In this document: positions 55,119 through 64,000 of the stretch, piece by piece
How positions within the stretch are numbered: position 1 is the first letter of the stretch
Layout of the letters: every line of letters starts with the position of its first letter
Sequence record: PV796108.1
DNA: 64,000 nt
Direction: 5' to 3' (one strand)
Notes under the pieces: model-generated
What the model was told of the DNA's origin: nothing
The model's input: the letters and a program-made list of their open reading frames with translations, nothing else
Database searches by the model: none
Program-made: the position numbers and the translations under genes

Positions 55119-56255
55119 TTAGATTTGGTCGTGTTGTTTTGCGAATGAACCTTTCATGTCAGAAGGTAAAGGCATTTTCTCGAACTCACGAGTTGGAGCT
55201 GGGTAAGTTTTAGCGAACTTGATGTTACGAGCTACTGCTAATCCTAAACCACCGTTTAAGATACCTACTCCGTATCTTTCTTTTACTTTTAACGTGTAGA
55301 TGTCACGTAATGGATCGTCGAATTGCTCAGTTGAGATTTCGTCTTTCACAAGCATTACACCAACGTTGTTACGGTCTACTAAGTAGAAGTCGAACGTTTT
55401 GTTAGCTTGGTCGAAAGGTACGAATGGAGAGAAGATAACGTTTAATCCTAATGCGTTTGAAGTATTGAATGCTTTAGGGTCAAAGCTTGAGCTACCTTGT
55501 CCGAATGCTGCGATAGAAGAACCTTCTAAAGCTGCGTTTTTAGCGAATAATGACCAGCAAAGTGGGTGCATTACGATGTCAGTTGGAGTATGACCAGCAG
55601 CCATGATAGATACAGCCATGTCGATGATATCTTCAGCAGCTAATGTACCATTGCGTTCTCCATCGAATCCACGTCCTGTTGGATAACCATCTTGGTAACC
55701 TACAATAACGTCTGGGCCTGATGGATTTGCTGGGTCTTTACCCATGATAGGTCCATACATTTTAGCATCGAATACTACGTGACCATGTTTAGAGAACTCT
55801 TCGAAGATTACCTCTTCTTTTTTACGAGCCATTGCACGACCAGCAGCTTGTAAGTGTAAGCCGATAACATCCCATTGAGAGTCAGCTACCATTTCGTCAG
55901 TGATTTGAACTTTTAAACCGTATTTCTTAACACGAACATCAACGTTTGTGATGCCTTGTTTAGTAAGGTTTAAAGTTTGCTCTCTGTATTCTTGACCTTC
56001 TCCGACTTCGAAAGCACGGATAGCGCCAAAGTGAATGAACTCCATTGAGCGACCTTCGTTAAGTTGTACTTTTTGGAAAAACTGAGAAGCTAAGTACATA
56101 GGTTCAGCAGATTCTGCTACTACTTGTGATACTACTTTTGGAATTAAGATATTTGCATCAGCAGTTGTTAATGCCTCTGTTACAGATACGAAACTTTCTT
56201 CAGTGCGACGACCTTCAAAAGTCACCATCTTAGCAAATTTTTCTTCTAGTTTCAT
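55119..56255 (-). CDS. Major capsid protein (HK97 fold)
   Basis: DANILIPKVVSQVV...VKKYGLKVQITDEMVADSQWDVIGLHLQAAGRAMARKKEE...PTDIVMHP...KERYGVG; highly expressed codon usage. Confidence 0.88.
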   Translation of the reverse strand: MKLEEKFAKMVTFEGRRTEESFVSVTEALTTADANILIPKVVSQVVAESAEPMYLASQFFQKVQLNEGRSMEFIHFGAIRAFEVGEGQEYREQTLNLTKQGITNVDVRVKKYGLKVQITDEMVADSQWDVIGLHLQAAGRAMARKKEEVIFEEFSKHGHVVFDAKMYGPIMGKDPANPSGPDVIVGYQDGYPTGRGFDGERNGTLAAEDIIDMAVSIMAAGHTPTDIVMHPLCWSLFAKNAALEGSSIAAFGQGSSSFDPKAFNTSNALGLNVIFSPFVPFDQANKTFDFYLVDRNNVGVMLVKDEISTEQFDDPLRDIYTLKVKERYGVGILNGGLGLAVARNIKFAKTYPAPTREFEKMPLPSDMKGSFAKQHDQI

Positions 56256-56297
56256 TACTTGTTTCCTCCTTCAAATCCCTTTTTAAATTAAGTTTTA

Positions 56298-56322
56298 AAT
56301 AAGGGAGGGGGCTAACCCCTCC
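56298..56322 (-). terminator. Hairpin or partial terminator between the decoration and capsid genes
   Basis: GGAGGGG-TTAGC-CCCCTCC followed by CTTATTT. Confidence 0.55.
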
Positions 56323-56337
56323 AGTTTGTTGTTAGGG

Positions 56338-57567
56338 TTAGCGTTGTAATAAGATACGAACTGCACCGACAGAACCAGCGTAATCCCACTCAGTTGGAAC
56401 ACCAGCGATTGGGTCTACTACTAAGTCAGCGTCGATTGTTAATTCAGCAGCAGCTAAACCTGGTTCTAGGTAAGCAACTACAGTGTTGTTTTTGATATCA
56501 ACGTGTACGTCTTCAGAAGCAAGAGCTTTACCACCGAATTTAACTACGATGCTATTAAGTTCAGCTTTATCGAATTTGTGACGAAGCTTGATGAATACTG
56601 CTAAGTTACGAACATCAGCTTTAGTTGCAACTGTTTTACCAGCGATTGTTACGCCGTCAGTAGCATGGATGTGTTCGATGTGACCATCGTTGTTTGAAGT
56701 TTTATCAAAGATGTCGTCAAGCTTAATGTCAGCAACACGTTGTTTAGCAGCGAAGTAACCGTCAGTTAAGAATGGGATACCTTTATTGATAGTTGGGTTT
56801 AATAATTTTTCGAAGTCATTCTTCCAACCATGTAGTTGGTGAGGAGCACCGAATGGGTAAGCAGCGGCAGAACCGTCTGGGTTAAAGCCTGGAGATGGAG
56901 TAGTAGAAAGACCTTTTAGGTAAGCTTCAAGCTCAGGAATTTCCATATCCATGTAGTATTGTAAGAAGCCAGCTGGTGGTAATTCACGTTCAGCAGCTAA
57001 TACTTGACCAATGATTTCGAAAGGAGAAGCTTCTGGTTTAGATGCATCTAACTTAACGAAGTTACCGTCTTTACCAACTTTTACGAAGTCACCTGGTTGT
57101 AAAGCATCAGCTTTAGCAGAGTAAGCAGCACCGTATTTCATTGCAGATGCAAATTGTGAAGCTGTGTCAATTGTTTCATGTTCGAATAATGGTACTTCGA
57201 TGTAGTTACGAGTTAATACTGTAGGTTGCATTCCTGTGAAGCGATCACGGTAGCGTTTGTATTGGTTGTTTTGAATAACACCAATTGCTTTACGAGAACC
57301 TTCTGTAGCTTGTTTAAGAGCTGTGCGGTAACGACCATGTTCTGTGTCATACTCAGCAGGAGCTGCTTCTACGATTTTACCTTTTGCTAAAACTACTTCT
57401 TGGTTTCCTTCAGGTCCGAATGGGTAAACGAATTTCACCTTACTGTTTTCTTCTTTAGAAACAATCCATTCTTCAGCTGGTGCGTTTCCTTCAGAAACTA
57501 CTAAGTTCGTATGTGTTTTACCACCGAACGTGTAACCATTTACTTGAGAGTTTGGAAATAATGCCAT
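56338..57567 (-). CDS. Capsid decoration / minor head protein (409 aa)
   Basis: Lies between the protease and capsid genes; LQPGDFVKVGKDGNFVK...IIGQVL resembles beta-tulip decoration proteins; biased codon usage. Confidence 0.6.
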   Translation of the reverse strand: MALFPNSQVNGYTFGGKTHTNLVVSEGNAPAEEWIVSKEENSKVKFVYPFGPEGNQEVVLAKGKIVEAAPAEYDTEHGRYRTALKQATEGSRKAIGVIQNNQYKRYRDRFTGMQPTVLTRNYIEVPLFEHETIDTASQFASAMKYGAAYSAKADALQPGDFVKVGKDGNFVKLDASKPEASPFEIIGQVLAAERELPPAGFLQYYMDMEIPELEAYLKGLSTTPSPGFNPDGSAAAYPFGAPHQLHGWKNDFEKLLNPTINKGIPFLTDGYFAAKQRVADIKLDDIFDKTSNNDGHIEHIHATDGVTIAGKTVATKADVRNLAVFIKLRHKFDKAELNSIVVKFGGKALASEDVHVDIKNNTVVAYLEPGLAAAELTIDADLVVDPIAGVPTEWDYAGSVGAVRILLQR

Positions 57568-57588
57568 TTCTAGTTATCCTCCTTTGGA

Positions 57589-59013
57589 TTACTTTTTCAT
57601 TTTTTGGATATTGCCACCGAATAAAGTCTTCAGTGCATTCTCAGGTGTAATACCTTCTGCAACTTGTTTCGCACCTGGCTCATTAGGGTCAGCGCTTGAA
57701 CCTGGATTCTGAACACCTTCTACTACTCTAGTAGCGGCTGGTGTAACTTGATTAGTAGGAACTACTACAGATTCTTTTGCTAAGTCCGCTAATGTATCTT
57801 TTAAAGATTCCATTGTACGACCTTTATATGAGTCGATAGCTTCTTCACGAGATGATTCTTTTCCTAATAGGACACGCATGTCTACTACACGTTCAACTAC
57901 TTGTGTATGTAGCTCTTTTCCTAAGGATTCTTGTTGAGCTGTTAACTCTTCTTTAGCAGTGTTAGCTTCAGTAAGAGCTTCTTCAGCTTGAGTCTTAGCT
58001 TCTTCTAACTGAGTTTTCTCAGTTTCTAAAGTAGACTTCTCTTCTACTAGAGTAGCTTTCTCAGTTTCTAGAGTAGCGTTAGCTTCTTCTAGGCCTGTTA
58101 CTTTTTCAGTAGCTTCTGTTACTGATGCTTCTAGTTCAGTTACTTTATTCTCTAATTCTTGTTTTTTTGTATTAGCTTCTGCAAGGTCAGTTGTTAATGA
58201 ATCAACTTCTGCTTGCAACTCTTCAACCGTCTTCATGCCTTTAGCTCCTTCCGTATTTTCAATGATAAGGCCTTTTTGTTTAGCTTCCGCTTCAGAAACC
58301 TTCCAAGACTCTTTAGGTCTTGATAAGTCGATAAGTTCATGTGTGCTTCCCATGAATGCTTCTGCTGTTGAGATTGTTTGACCAGTCTCTACAATCATTG
58401 CATCTTGGTCAGCTGGGACATTAACCCAAGATAACTCATCGAAGTAGACGTTTCCGACAATCCACTCTGTTGTAATGCCATCATGAACTTCACCTTTCCA
58501 GTGACCACAGAAACCTTCATTAATGATGTCTGTTCCACAAACGCTACAAGTACAAGCATCAGTGCTAGCACCAATGGATACTGTCAGTAAACGTCCGCCT
58601 AAGATATCATCAATTGCTTTTTCATGTGTAATCTTTGGAGTAACGATTAAGCCTGGGCGACCTGATGCAGTGAATTCAGTGAATACTGCGCTCTGTACAC
58701 GACCAGTAACTTCTGTTTCATGGTCATGGTTGAAGATAACAGGTTTTGCATATGGCTTTGTCCAAGAGTAAAGCCCACTCTTTAACTCTTCATGACCACG
58801 AAGCTTTTCAGCAGGGTAACGAGTATAGTTTCGAGTAGAACCAGCGTGGATTGCTTCAATACGTGGAAGTAAGTAGCGCATACCATTTTCGGAAGTAGAC
58901 TCTTGAAGAGCAGTACGATTACCATTTAGAATGTTGGCTTTGATAGTTGTAGACTCTGATAACTTAGCAGGGTCAACGTCCAAGCCTTTCCATTTGATAA
59001 TATTCAATATCAT
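57589..59013 (-). CDS. Prohead protease fused to a coiled-coil scaffold
   Basis: KPVIFNHD...VSIGA...ELSWVNVPAD protease; heptad repeats LETEKATLVEEKSTLETEKTQLEEAK. The true start may be the TTG at 59007. Confidence 0.85.
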   Translation of the reverse strand: MILNIIKWKGLDVDPAKLSESTTIKANILNGNRTALQESTSENGMRYLLPRIEAIHAGSTRNYTRYPAEKLRGHEELKSGLYSWTKPYAKPVIFNHDHETEVTGRVQSAVFTEFTASGRPGLIVTPKITHEKAIDDILGGRLLTVSIGASTDACTCSVCGTDIINEGFCGHWKGEVHDGITTEWIVGNVYFDELSWVNVPADQDAMIVETGQTISTAEAFMGSTHELIDLSRPKESWKVSEAEAKQKGLIIENTEGAKGMKTVEELQAEVDSLTTDLAEANTKKQELENKVTELEASVTEATEKVTGLEEANATLETEKATLVEEKSTLETEKTQLEEAKTQAEEALTEANTAKEELTAQQESLGKELHTQVVERVVDMRVLLGKESSREEAIDSYKGRTMESLKDTLADLAKESVVVPTNQVTPAATRVVEGVQNPGSSADPNEPGAKQVAEGITPENALKTLFGGNIQKMKK

Positions 59014-59028
59014 CCACCTCCTGACTCA

Positions 59029-61077
59029 TTAAAGTACTCCGACCAAACATTCACAATTAGGGTGATGTGGTGGAATCTGATGAAGGACATCGTGTAAACT
59101 TCCTTCTAATGAAATCTTTGTTTGCTTACATTTATTACAATCACTTTGTGAGAAGATTACTGCATCTTTCACACCTGTCTCTTTTAAAGAAACCGCAATG
59201 CCAAAGTTGTAAGCACGATACCATTCAGTTTTAACGATGGTTTTGATACGATAACGATTTGCATAGAAAGCGCCTATAAGTGAGGAAATTTGTTCAGCAC
59301 CATAATCTTCTTCGAAGTGTCGGTCTAACATTGTAGACAAGTCATCTACGAATCTAGTCATGGACTTTTCAAATTGAGGATTTAGCATGGAAGCCATCTG
59401 TAATTGGAGGTTAGCTGAGGAAGAAGACGCTTTATACGCAAGTCCTTTTGAGATTGCACGTTCCATGTGGAGACGATGTTTTTTGTTAAAGAGTGACTTA
59501 GCTTGGTTGAGAACAAAACCCTCGATATGATCTTTAGATTTTTTTGCTTCTACCATTGCTAGTACATCATCTTGTATGGAAATATAAATGGCTTCCATCT
59601 CTTCCTGATAGTTATTAATGTCTAACTCAGGATTAAAAGTAACCATTTGATTATTCTCCGTCAATAGCTTTTTATCATTTTCTTCATTTTCTTGTAAATT
59701 TTCCTTCTTTGCCTTGCCTGGAGAGTCCTGTTTTCCACTTTGGTTCTCTGGTTTGTCTTTATTGTCACCTGCATTTGCGGCTCCTTCATCGACAGTTCCT
59801 ACGGCAAACATGTTAGCATTTAATCGAGATTCATCCGCAACTGGGTCTAATCCCATCATCATGCGCATCTCCTCGTGCGTAATAACGTTTTGAGAGAACA
59901 TCTGTACAATATGATTCTCTTTCTTCGTTTTCGCATCTAATTCAATTTCATGGAATGTAAATAGTACTTCATCATCTACATTCAGAACTGGGTCATAACC
60001 GCCCTCAAATAATAACTCATTTATAATTTCATACTGAACGACTTCAGCCATAATACGTTGGAACTCTTTTACTCCATCATTTAAGTCAGCAGACATATTA
60101 TCTGAAGTTGCTTTATTCGCTGTGTCACCAATGCCCATTACTGAATCAGATACACCTAGTCCAGAAAATACACGTTGTCTATAGTACTTCAAATATGGAG
60201 ATGCATCTAAAGCATTACCTTGTGAACCTAGTACACTAATGTTATGTCTCTCTGGGACTACGATACCGCCGTCCATCGGCATGGAATTAATTTCCTCACG
60301 GATGTCTTCAATCTCTGTATCACTAGCTTCCCAACCTGGCTTATCTAAACCTACTTGGTAGATATATAGAGGGAATAAGTTACGGTGAACTAAACGAGCC
60401 ACGTTTTCTTCAATCTGACGAAGCATCTTAACATCATCTAATACGTTGAAGATTAGAGGTACACCGTATGCACGTCCTGTTGGTTTATTATATGTGAAGT
60501 GAATAACATCTTCTGGTTTAAATGTAATACCGTCCCCACCAGTAGTAGATTGTTCATAACCGACAACCTTACCTTGTTCATCACGAGATACTTTAATTGT
60601 TGTTGGAGGTAGAATGAAATAACCAGCGACAGGTTGTTTTGCAGTATAACCTACTGCTTTCACGCCAGTTGCTCCGCCCATTGAACCTTTTTGTCGTGCT
60701 TTAACTACATAAGCATTACCAAATAAAATTAAGTCGTAACCGATTTGATTGAATAAACGTTCTAATGGTTGTTGCGTTGCTTCTTCCATTAGCTTTAAAC
60801 GAGTCCATACATATTCACTTGCTGCTTCGTTCTTACCAGAGATATCCCATCCTTGCTTAAACATTAAACTATTGTATTTGTTTATAGCACGTTTAATATA
60901 AGAATCGGTTTGATAAGCACGGAAGATTTCTTCTAAATCAACTGGGTTGTCTTCAAAGTCAGAACCACCAGCACCTTTAATAGCTTGACCTACTTTTTTT
61001 ACTGCGACCTTTTTGGGGTCACGAGGAGTCGCCTCTTTTGTTTTAAATAGACGACTCATTGTTGACCACAATTTCAT
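59029..61077 (-). CDS. Portal protein with a C-terminal MuF (SPP1 gp7-like) domain
   Basis: DLILFGNAYVVK...EDVIHF...YGVPLI...ITHEEMRMMMGLDP portal; KTEWYRAYNFG...CNKC...PPHHPNCEC MuF. Confidence 0.85.
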   Translation of the reverse strand: MKLWSTMSRLFKTKEATPRDPKKVAVKKVGQAIKGAGGSDFEDNPVDLEEIFRAYQTDSYIKRAINKYNSLMFKQGWDISGKNEAASEYVWTRLKLMEEATQQPLERLFNQIGYDLILFGNAYVVKARQKGSMGGATGVKAVGYTAKQPVAGYFILPPTTIKVSRDEQGKVVGYEQSTTGGDGITFKPEDVIHFTYNKPTGRAYGVPLIFNVLDDVKMLRQIEENVARLVHRNLFPLYIYQVGLDKPGWEASDTEIEDIREEINSMPMDGGIVVPERHNISVLGSQGNALDASPYLKYYRQRVFSGLGVSDSVMGIGDTANKATSDNMSADLNDGVKEFQRIMAEVVQYEIINELLFEGGYDPVLNVDDEVLFTFHEIELDAKTKKENHIVQMFSQNVITHEEMRMMMGLDPVADESRLNANMFAVGTVDEGAANAGDNKDKPENQSGKQDSPGKAKKENLQENEENDKKLLTENNQMVTFNPELDINNYQEEMEAIYISIQDDVLAMVEAKKSKDHIEGFVLNQAKSLFNKKHRLHMERAISKGLAYKASSSSANLQLQMASMLNPQFEKSMTRFVDDLSTMLDRHFEEDYGAEQISSLIGAFYANRYRIKTIVKTEWYRAYNFGIAVSLKETGVKDAVIFSQSDCNKCKQTKISLEGSLHDVLHQIPPHHPNCECLVGVL

Positions 61078-61095
61078 AGATGTTTACCTCCCTTC

Positions 61096-61971
61096 TTAGA
61101 TAGTGACACGAATTTCTTTTACTTGAGATGATAGTTGTACATATACTGCACCTGTTGAGCTTGGAGGTAATACTTTCTCTTCTGAATACCCACCGAAGTA
61201 AGATAAGAAGCTACCACCTACTACATACGTACGTTGATGACGAACTAACTTATCCTCATCGTCTGGGATTAACCATACTTCGTCACGATGCCATTGCTTG
61301 CCATGTGTATGACCTGTTACATATAAATCTGCTAACGGAACAACTTTGTTTAATTTTTCCGCACTGTTTGCTTTTGCACCTGTCGTAGAACCGCCGCCTA
61401 CTCCATGATGGAAAGCTACTTTGTAAATAATTTCTCCTACTTTTAATCGGAAGTACCCTTGGTATCCGAAATAAGGAACACCTAAACGATCCGCTAAAAT
61501 CTGCATAGGATTCATACCAATCATGTGAGCTACACGTTGTTCATGATTACCTGGCCCCATTCCCAGGATTTTACCTGCTTCAGCAAGTGGTTTCAGTAAT
61601 TCATAAAGTGCATCCAATTGTTCTGGAATGTTCTTGTCCTCTTCGAACATAGCCATACCAACTGATGTCTTCGTAGCTGTTTCTGCTAAGTCGCCATTTA
61701 AGATTGTTACGCAATTTGGAATTTCCATAATCAGTTGTAAGAACTCCTGGAAGTGTTCAATGTTACATTGTCGGTTTCCTAAATGAACATCAGTGATAGG
61801 AATAATAACTAGCCCATCTTTCTCAAATAACTCCCCCACAAACTCATAAGATAAAATACGTTTTCCATCTTCTTTCTTATTACGTTGGATACGATAGAAT
61901 TTTTCGATAGGAGACTCCTCTCCTAATTGACTGCGTAATTCTTCTAATCTACTTTTGTAGTCCTCCATCAT
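61096..61971 (-). CDS. Calcineurin-like metallophosphoesterase
   Basis: DVHLG, GDLAE, GPGNHE, HHG and GHTH motifs are all present. Confidence 0.9.
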   Translation of the reverse strand: MMEDYKSRLEELRSQLGEESPIEKFYRIQRNKKEDGKRILSYEFVGELFEKDGLVIIPITDVHLGNRQCNIEHFQEFLQLIMEIPNCVTILNGDLAETATKTSVGMAMFEEDKNIPEQLDALYELLKPLAEAGKILGMGPGNHEQRVAHMIGMNPMQILADRLGVPYFGYQGYFRLKVGEIIYKVAFHHGVGGGSTTGAKANSAEKLNKVVPLADLYVTGHTHGKQWHRDEVWLIPDDEDKLVRHQRTYVVGGSFLSYFGGYSEEKVLPPSSTGAVYVQLSSQVKEIRVTI

Positions 61972-63365
61972 TATTCCCCTCTCTTCTCAGTAGCTGATGC
62001 AACTGCATCAATCCATTCATCTATATGGTCTTCTTTTACAGGACTCTGTTCTAATGCTCCTGACATATTCTCAACAATAGAATAGAGGCGACGCACACTT
62101 TCTTTATCCGTCACTGCTCGCATATGTCTATGTCGATAGTTCGCTTCATAATCAAGCATTTTAAAATAGTCCATAGATTGTTGTTGATACGCATCTTCCA
62201 TTGCATAAACACCTTCAGTTAGGTTATTGAATAGCCACTCCTCTGTGCTACCTTGCTCTGTAGGAGGAGCCTCATTCATTTGCTCATGGAGAGAACGGAA
62301 TACTTCATTACGTAAGTAAATATCATCAAGCAATCCATCTTGTACTTTTAAACGATTGTCACGATTACTAATTGTCCGAAGATTACTGGTAAACATCTCA
62401 ACTTCTTCTTTGCGCTTGTCATATCCAAGTCTTAGTCCCATCAGGACATGTTCGGGTTTTAGAGTTTTACTCTTCTCGAACATAGAAAGTAAGTTGCGAA
62501 TAATCTTGCTATCTTCTCCCTCTTTTGGTACGAATCCTACGCATTCTTCTAAGTAGTCAATATGATAGGACAAGTTACCAAGTTTACGTTTGCATAGCGC
62601 ACCGATCTCTGTCTTAGTAACTAATCTTGTCTCTATCTCTTTCTTTTTCTTTTCTGCTTCTCTTGTTTCTTTAGCTTTTACTTGCTGTTCCAATGAACCA
62701 TAATCCGTCATCACGAGCTTGTCATTTTCATACTGAGTACTTTCAAATTCTTTTGTACGTAATACGTATTCATCAGAAATCTTTTTCTCTAGTTCAGCAA
62801 GTGTCTGCACCACTTCGTCTTGCTCTGATTTGTTTGGCGTCTTCCAATCCATCAGTGGACGAATCAACCCATCTTCGATAAACGACTTTGTATCTTTCAC
62901 ATCATCTTGAATAGCTAATACATCTCTGTAGAGTTCGCCCTCCATTAGACCATCTATCTCACTGAAATGTGATTCTATCTCTTTAATTATTAAGCTATTC
63001 TCATGTGTAGTCGGCTCCATCAGAGCGTTTTTATAATCATCAATTGTAAGGGTACTTTTTCCTGTGAGGTCATGTAATGTCTCATTGTTTACAGGAATGA
63101 TTGTGGGTTTTAATTTTTCGTGGAATTCATCTACAACTTTATCAACCTTATCTTCGATTTTAATAATCTCTTCCCAGATATCAGGAATGATTACTTCAGT
63201 AACTTCATCTATCACTGTCTCTGGTTGTAAGTCTTCAATGATTGGAGATGTAACTCTTGACTCTCCAAATATTTCTGTTAGTTCTGGACGGTATGTTAAT
63301 ACCCATCTTTCATATGGCGTATCAATACCAGGACCATTAACTCTTTTTTCTTCCGTCATATACAT
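61971..63365 (-). CDS. Hypothetical acidic coiled-coil protein (464 aa)
   Basis: GGAGG RBS; its stop overlaps the next gene's start (TAATG); no catalytic motif recognised. Confidence 0.75.
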   Translation of the reverse strand: MYMTEEKRVNGPGIDTPYERWVLTYRPELTEIFGESRVTSPIIEDLQPETVIDEVTEVIIPDIWEEIIKIEDKVDKVVDEFHEKLKPTIIPVNNETLHDLTGKSTLTIDDYKNALMEPTTHENSLIIKEIESHFSEIDGLMEGELYRDVLAIQDDVKDTKSFIEDGLIRPLMDWKTPNKSEQDEVVQTLAELEKKISDEYVLRTKEFESTQYENDKLVMTDYGSLEQQVKAKETREAEKKKKEIETRLVTKTEIGALCKRKLGNLSYHIDYLEECVGFVPKEGEDSKIIRNLLSMFEKSKTLKPEHVLMGLRLGYDKRKEEVEMFTSNLRTISNRDNRLKVQDGLLDDIYLRNEVFRSLHEQMNEAPPTEQGSTEEWLFNNLTEGVYAMEDAYQQQSMDYFKMLDYEANYRHRHMRAVTDKESVRRLYSIVENMSGALEQSPVKEDHIDEWIDAVASATEKRGE

Positions 63366-63378
63366 CCTCCTTTATTCA

Positions 63379-63434
63379 TAAAAAGAGGCAAGACATATAA
63401 GCAATGGGGGAGGAGGGTGCCCATATGTCTTGCC
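63379..63434 (-). terminator. Long-stem terminator after the terminase gene, with a C-rich loop
   Basis: GGCAAGACATAT (63423-63434) pairs with ATATGTCTTGCC (63387-63398), followed by TCTTTTT; G-U pairs extend the stem. Confidence 0.8.
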
Positions 63435-63511
63435 CAAGAAGGGAGAGGGAGGAAAACAAGAGGTGCTAGGCAAGACCTAGCTATATAGTAAACAGGTTTC
63501 CCTGAATTACC

Positions 63512-64000
63512 CTAGAATTTTCGTCGAGTGAACTCACGAGTAGTCCCTCTACTTCCCCAAGAGAAGGAGCTTCCTCTTCGTCTCGAACCAGTGGACACTT
63601 TTTTAAGTGGTGGTGAGCCAGGCTCATCCCATTCTACTTCGTCAGTCTTACGGAAAGACTTGAGTTGAGCGAGTGGGTCAATGAACTTCATGTTGGCAGA
63701 ACCAAATGTAGTTGCTCCTTTTACAGAATCTACAGTCTGTGCAATGTTTGGCATCTCTATAATGAAAGCAAGTAGAGATAACATGAATGCATCCAGAGCA
63801 TGTTCATCTTTATTGGAGTAAGTTGGCTCCCCTGTTTTTGCTGATATGCTTACCACTTGATAGTTAACCATTTGACGATAAATTGTTTCGTCCATTTCCT
63901 GAGTTGGAATACGAAGCATACCACGTTCTAATAGCATAACAGTTTGGTTAACCATGAACGGTTTGATTGGCTTCTTATCGAACTCACGAGAATGTGGGTC
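63512..64000 (-). CDS. terL: Terminase large subunit, C-terminal nuclease part (partial, runs off the window end)
   Basis: Frame is open to 64000 (DPHSREFDKKPIKPFMVNQ...). QMVNYQ...PTYSNKDEHALDAFMLS matches the D..H..DA motif; located upstream of the portal. Confidence 0.8.
   Translation of the reverse strand, partial: DPHSREFDKKPIKPFMVNQTVMLLERGMLRIPTQEMDETIYRQMVNYQVVSISAKTGEPTYSNKDEHALDAFMLSLLAFIIEMPNIAQTVDSVKGATTFGSANMKFIDPLAQLKSFRKTDEVEWDEPGSPPLKKVSTGSRRRGSSFSWGSRGTTREFTRRKF

Noticed and set aside
57930-58150. Short tandem-like DNA repeats (ttctcagtttcta...)
   Set aside because: These are coiled-coil heptads of the scaffold protein, not a CRISPR array or VNTR.
279-63381. The many 60-136 aa plus-strand ORFs and nested minus-strand ORFs in the track
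   Set aside because: They are antisense or off-frame shadows lying within long, RBS-supported minus-strand genes, and show no RBS or motifs.
1-64000. tRNA, rRNA, CRISPR arrays, IS elements, introns/inteins, stop-codon recoding
   Set aside because: None were recognised; long ORFs tile the window under the standard code and the intergenic gaps are too short. A tRNAscan/Infernal run would confirm.

Overview
This window is a densely packed, AT-rich virion-morphogenesis region of a very large myovirus-type phage or prophage. Every credible gene lies on the minus strand. GGAGG ribosome-binding sites, sigmaA-like promoters and LysM/NlpC/M15 domains point to a Bacillota (probably Bacillus) host. In transcription order (64000 to 1) it encodes: terminase C-terminus, a coiled-coil protein, a metallophosphoesterase, portal fused to MuF, protease/scaffold, decoration protein, major capsid, Ig-decorated head and neck proteins, two sheath paralogs, a tail terminator, three tube paralogs and two tail chaperones. 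Three giant proteins follow (2025, 2515 and ~2319 aa), then two paralogous cell-wall hydrolases, the spike and baseplate, and several fibre/adhesin proteins. The last gene is a >1230-aa fibre missing from the supplied ORF track. From memory the layout resembles the Bacillus thuringiensis phage 0305phi8-36 lineage; this needs a search to confirm. Main finding: the 2515-aa protein next to the tape measure carries a colinear set of two-barrel (DPBB) RNA-polymerase motifs, including ADHDGD. It also has an intact-looking N-terminal DEDDh 3'-5' exonuclease and a tape-measure-like C-terminus. Its neighbours carry a thermonuclease (baseplate hub) and a dead thermonuclease fold (tape measure). Together these suggest a tail-delivered set of nucleic-acid enzymes. 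All domain calls are by-eye motif recognition; no searches were run.
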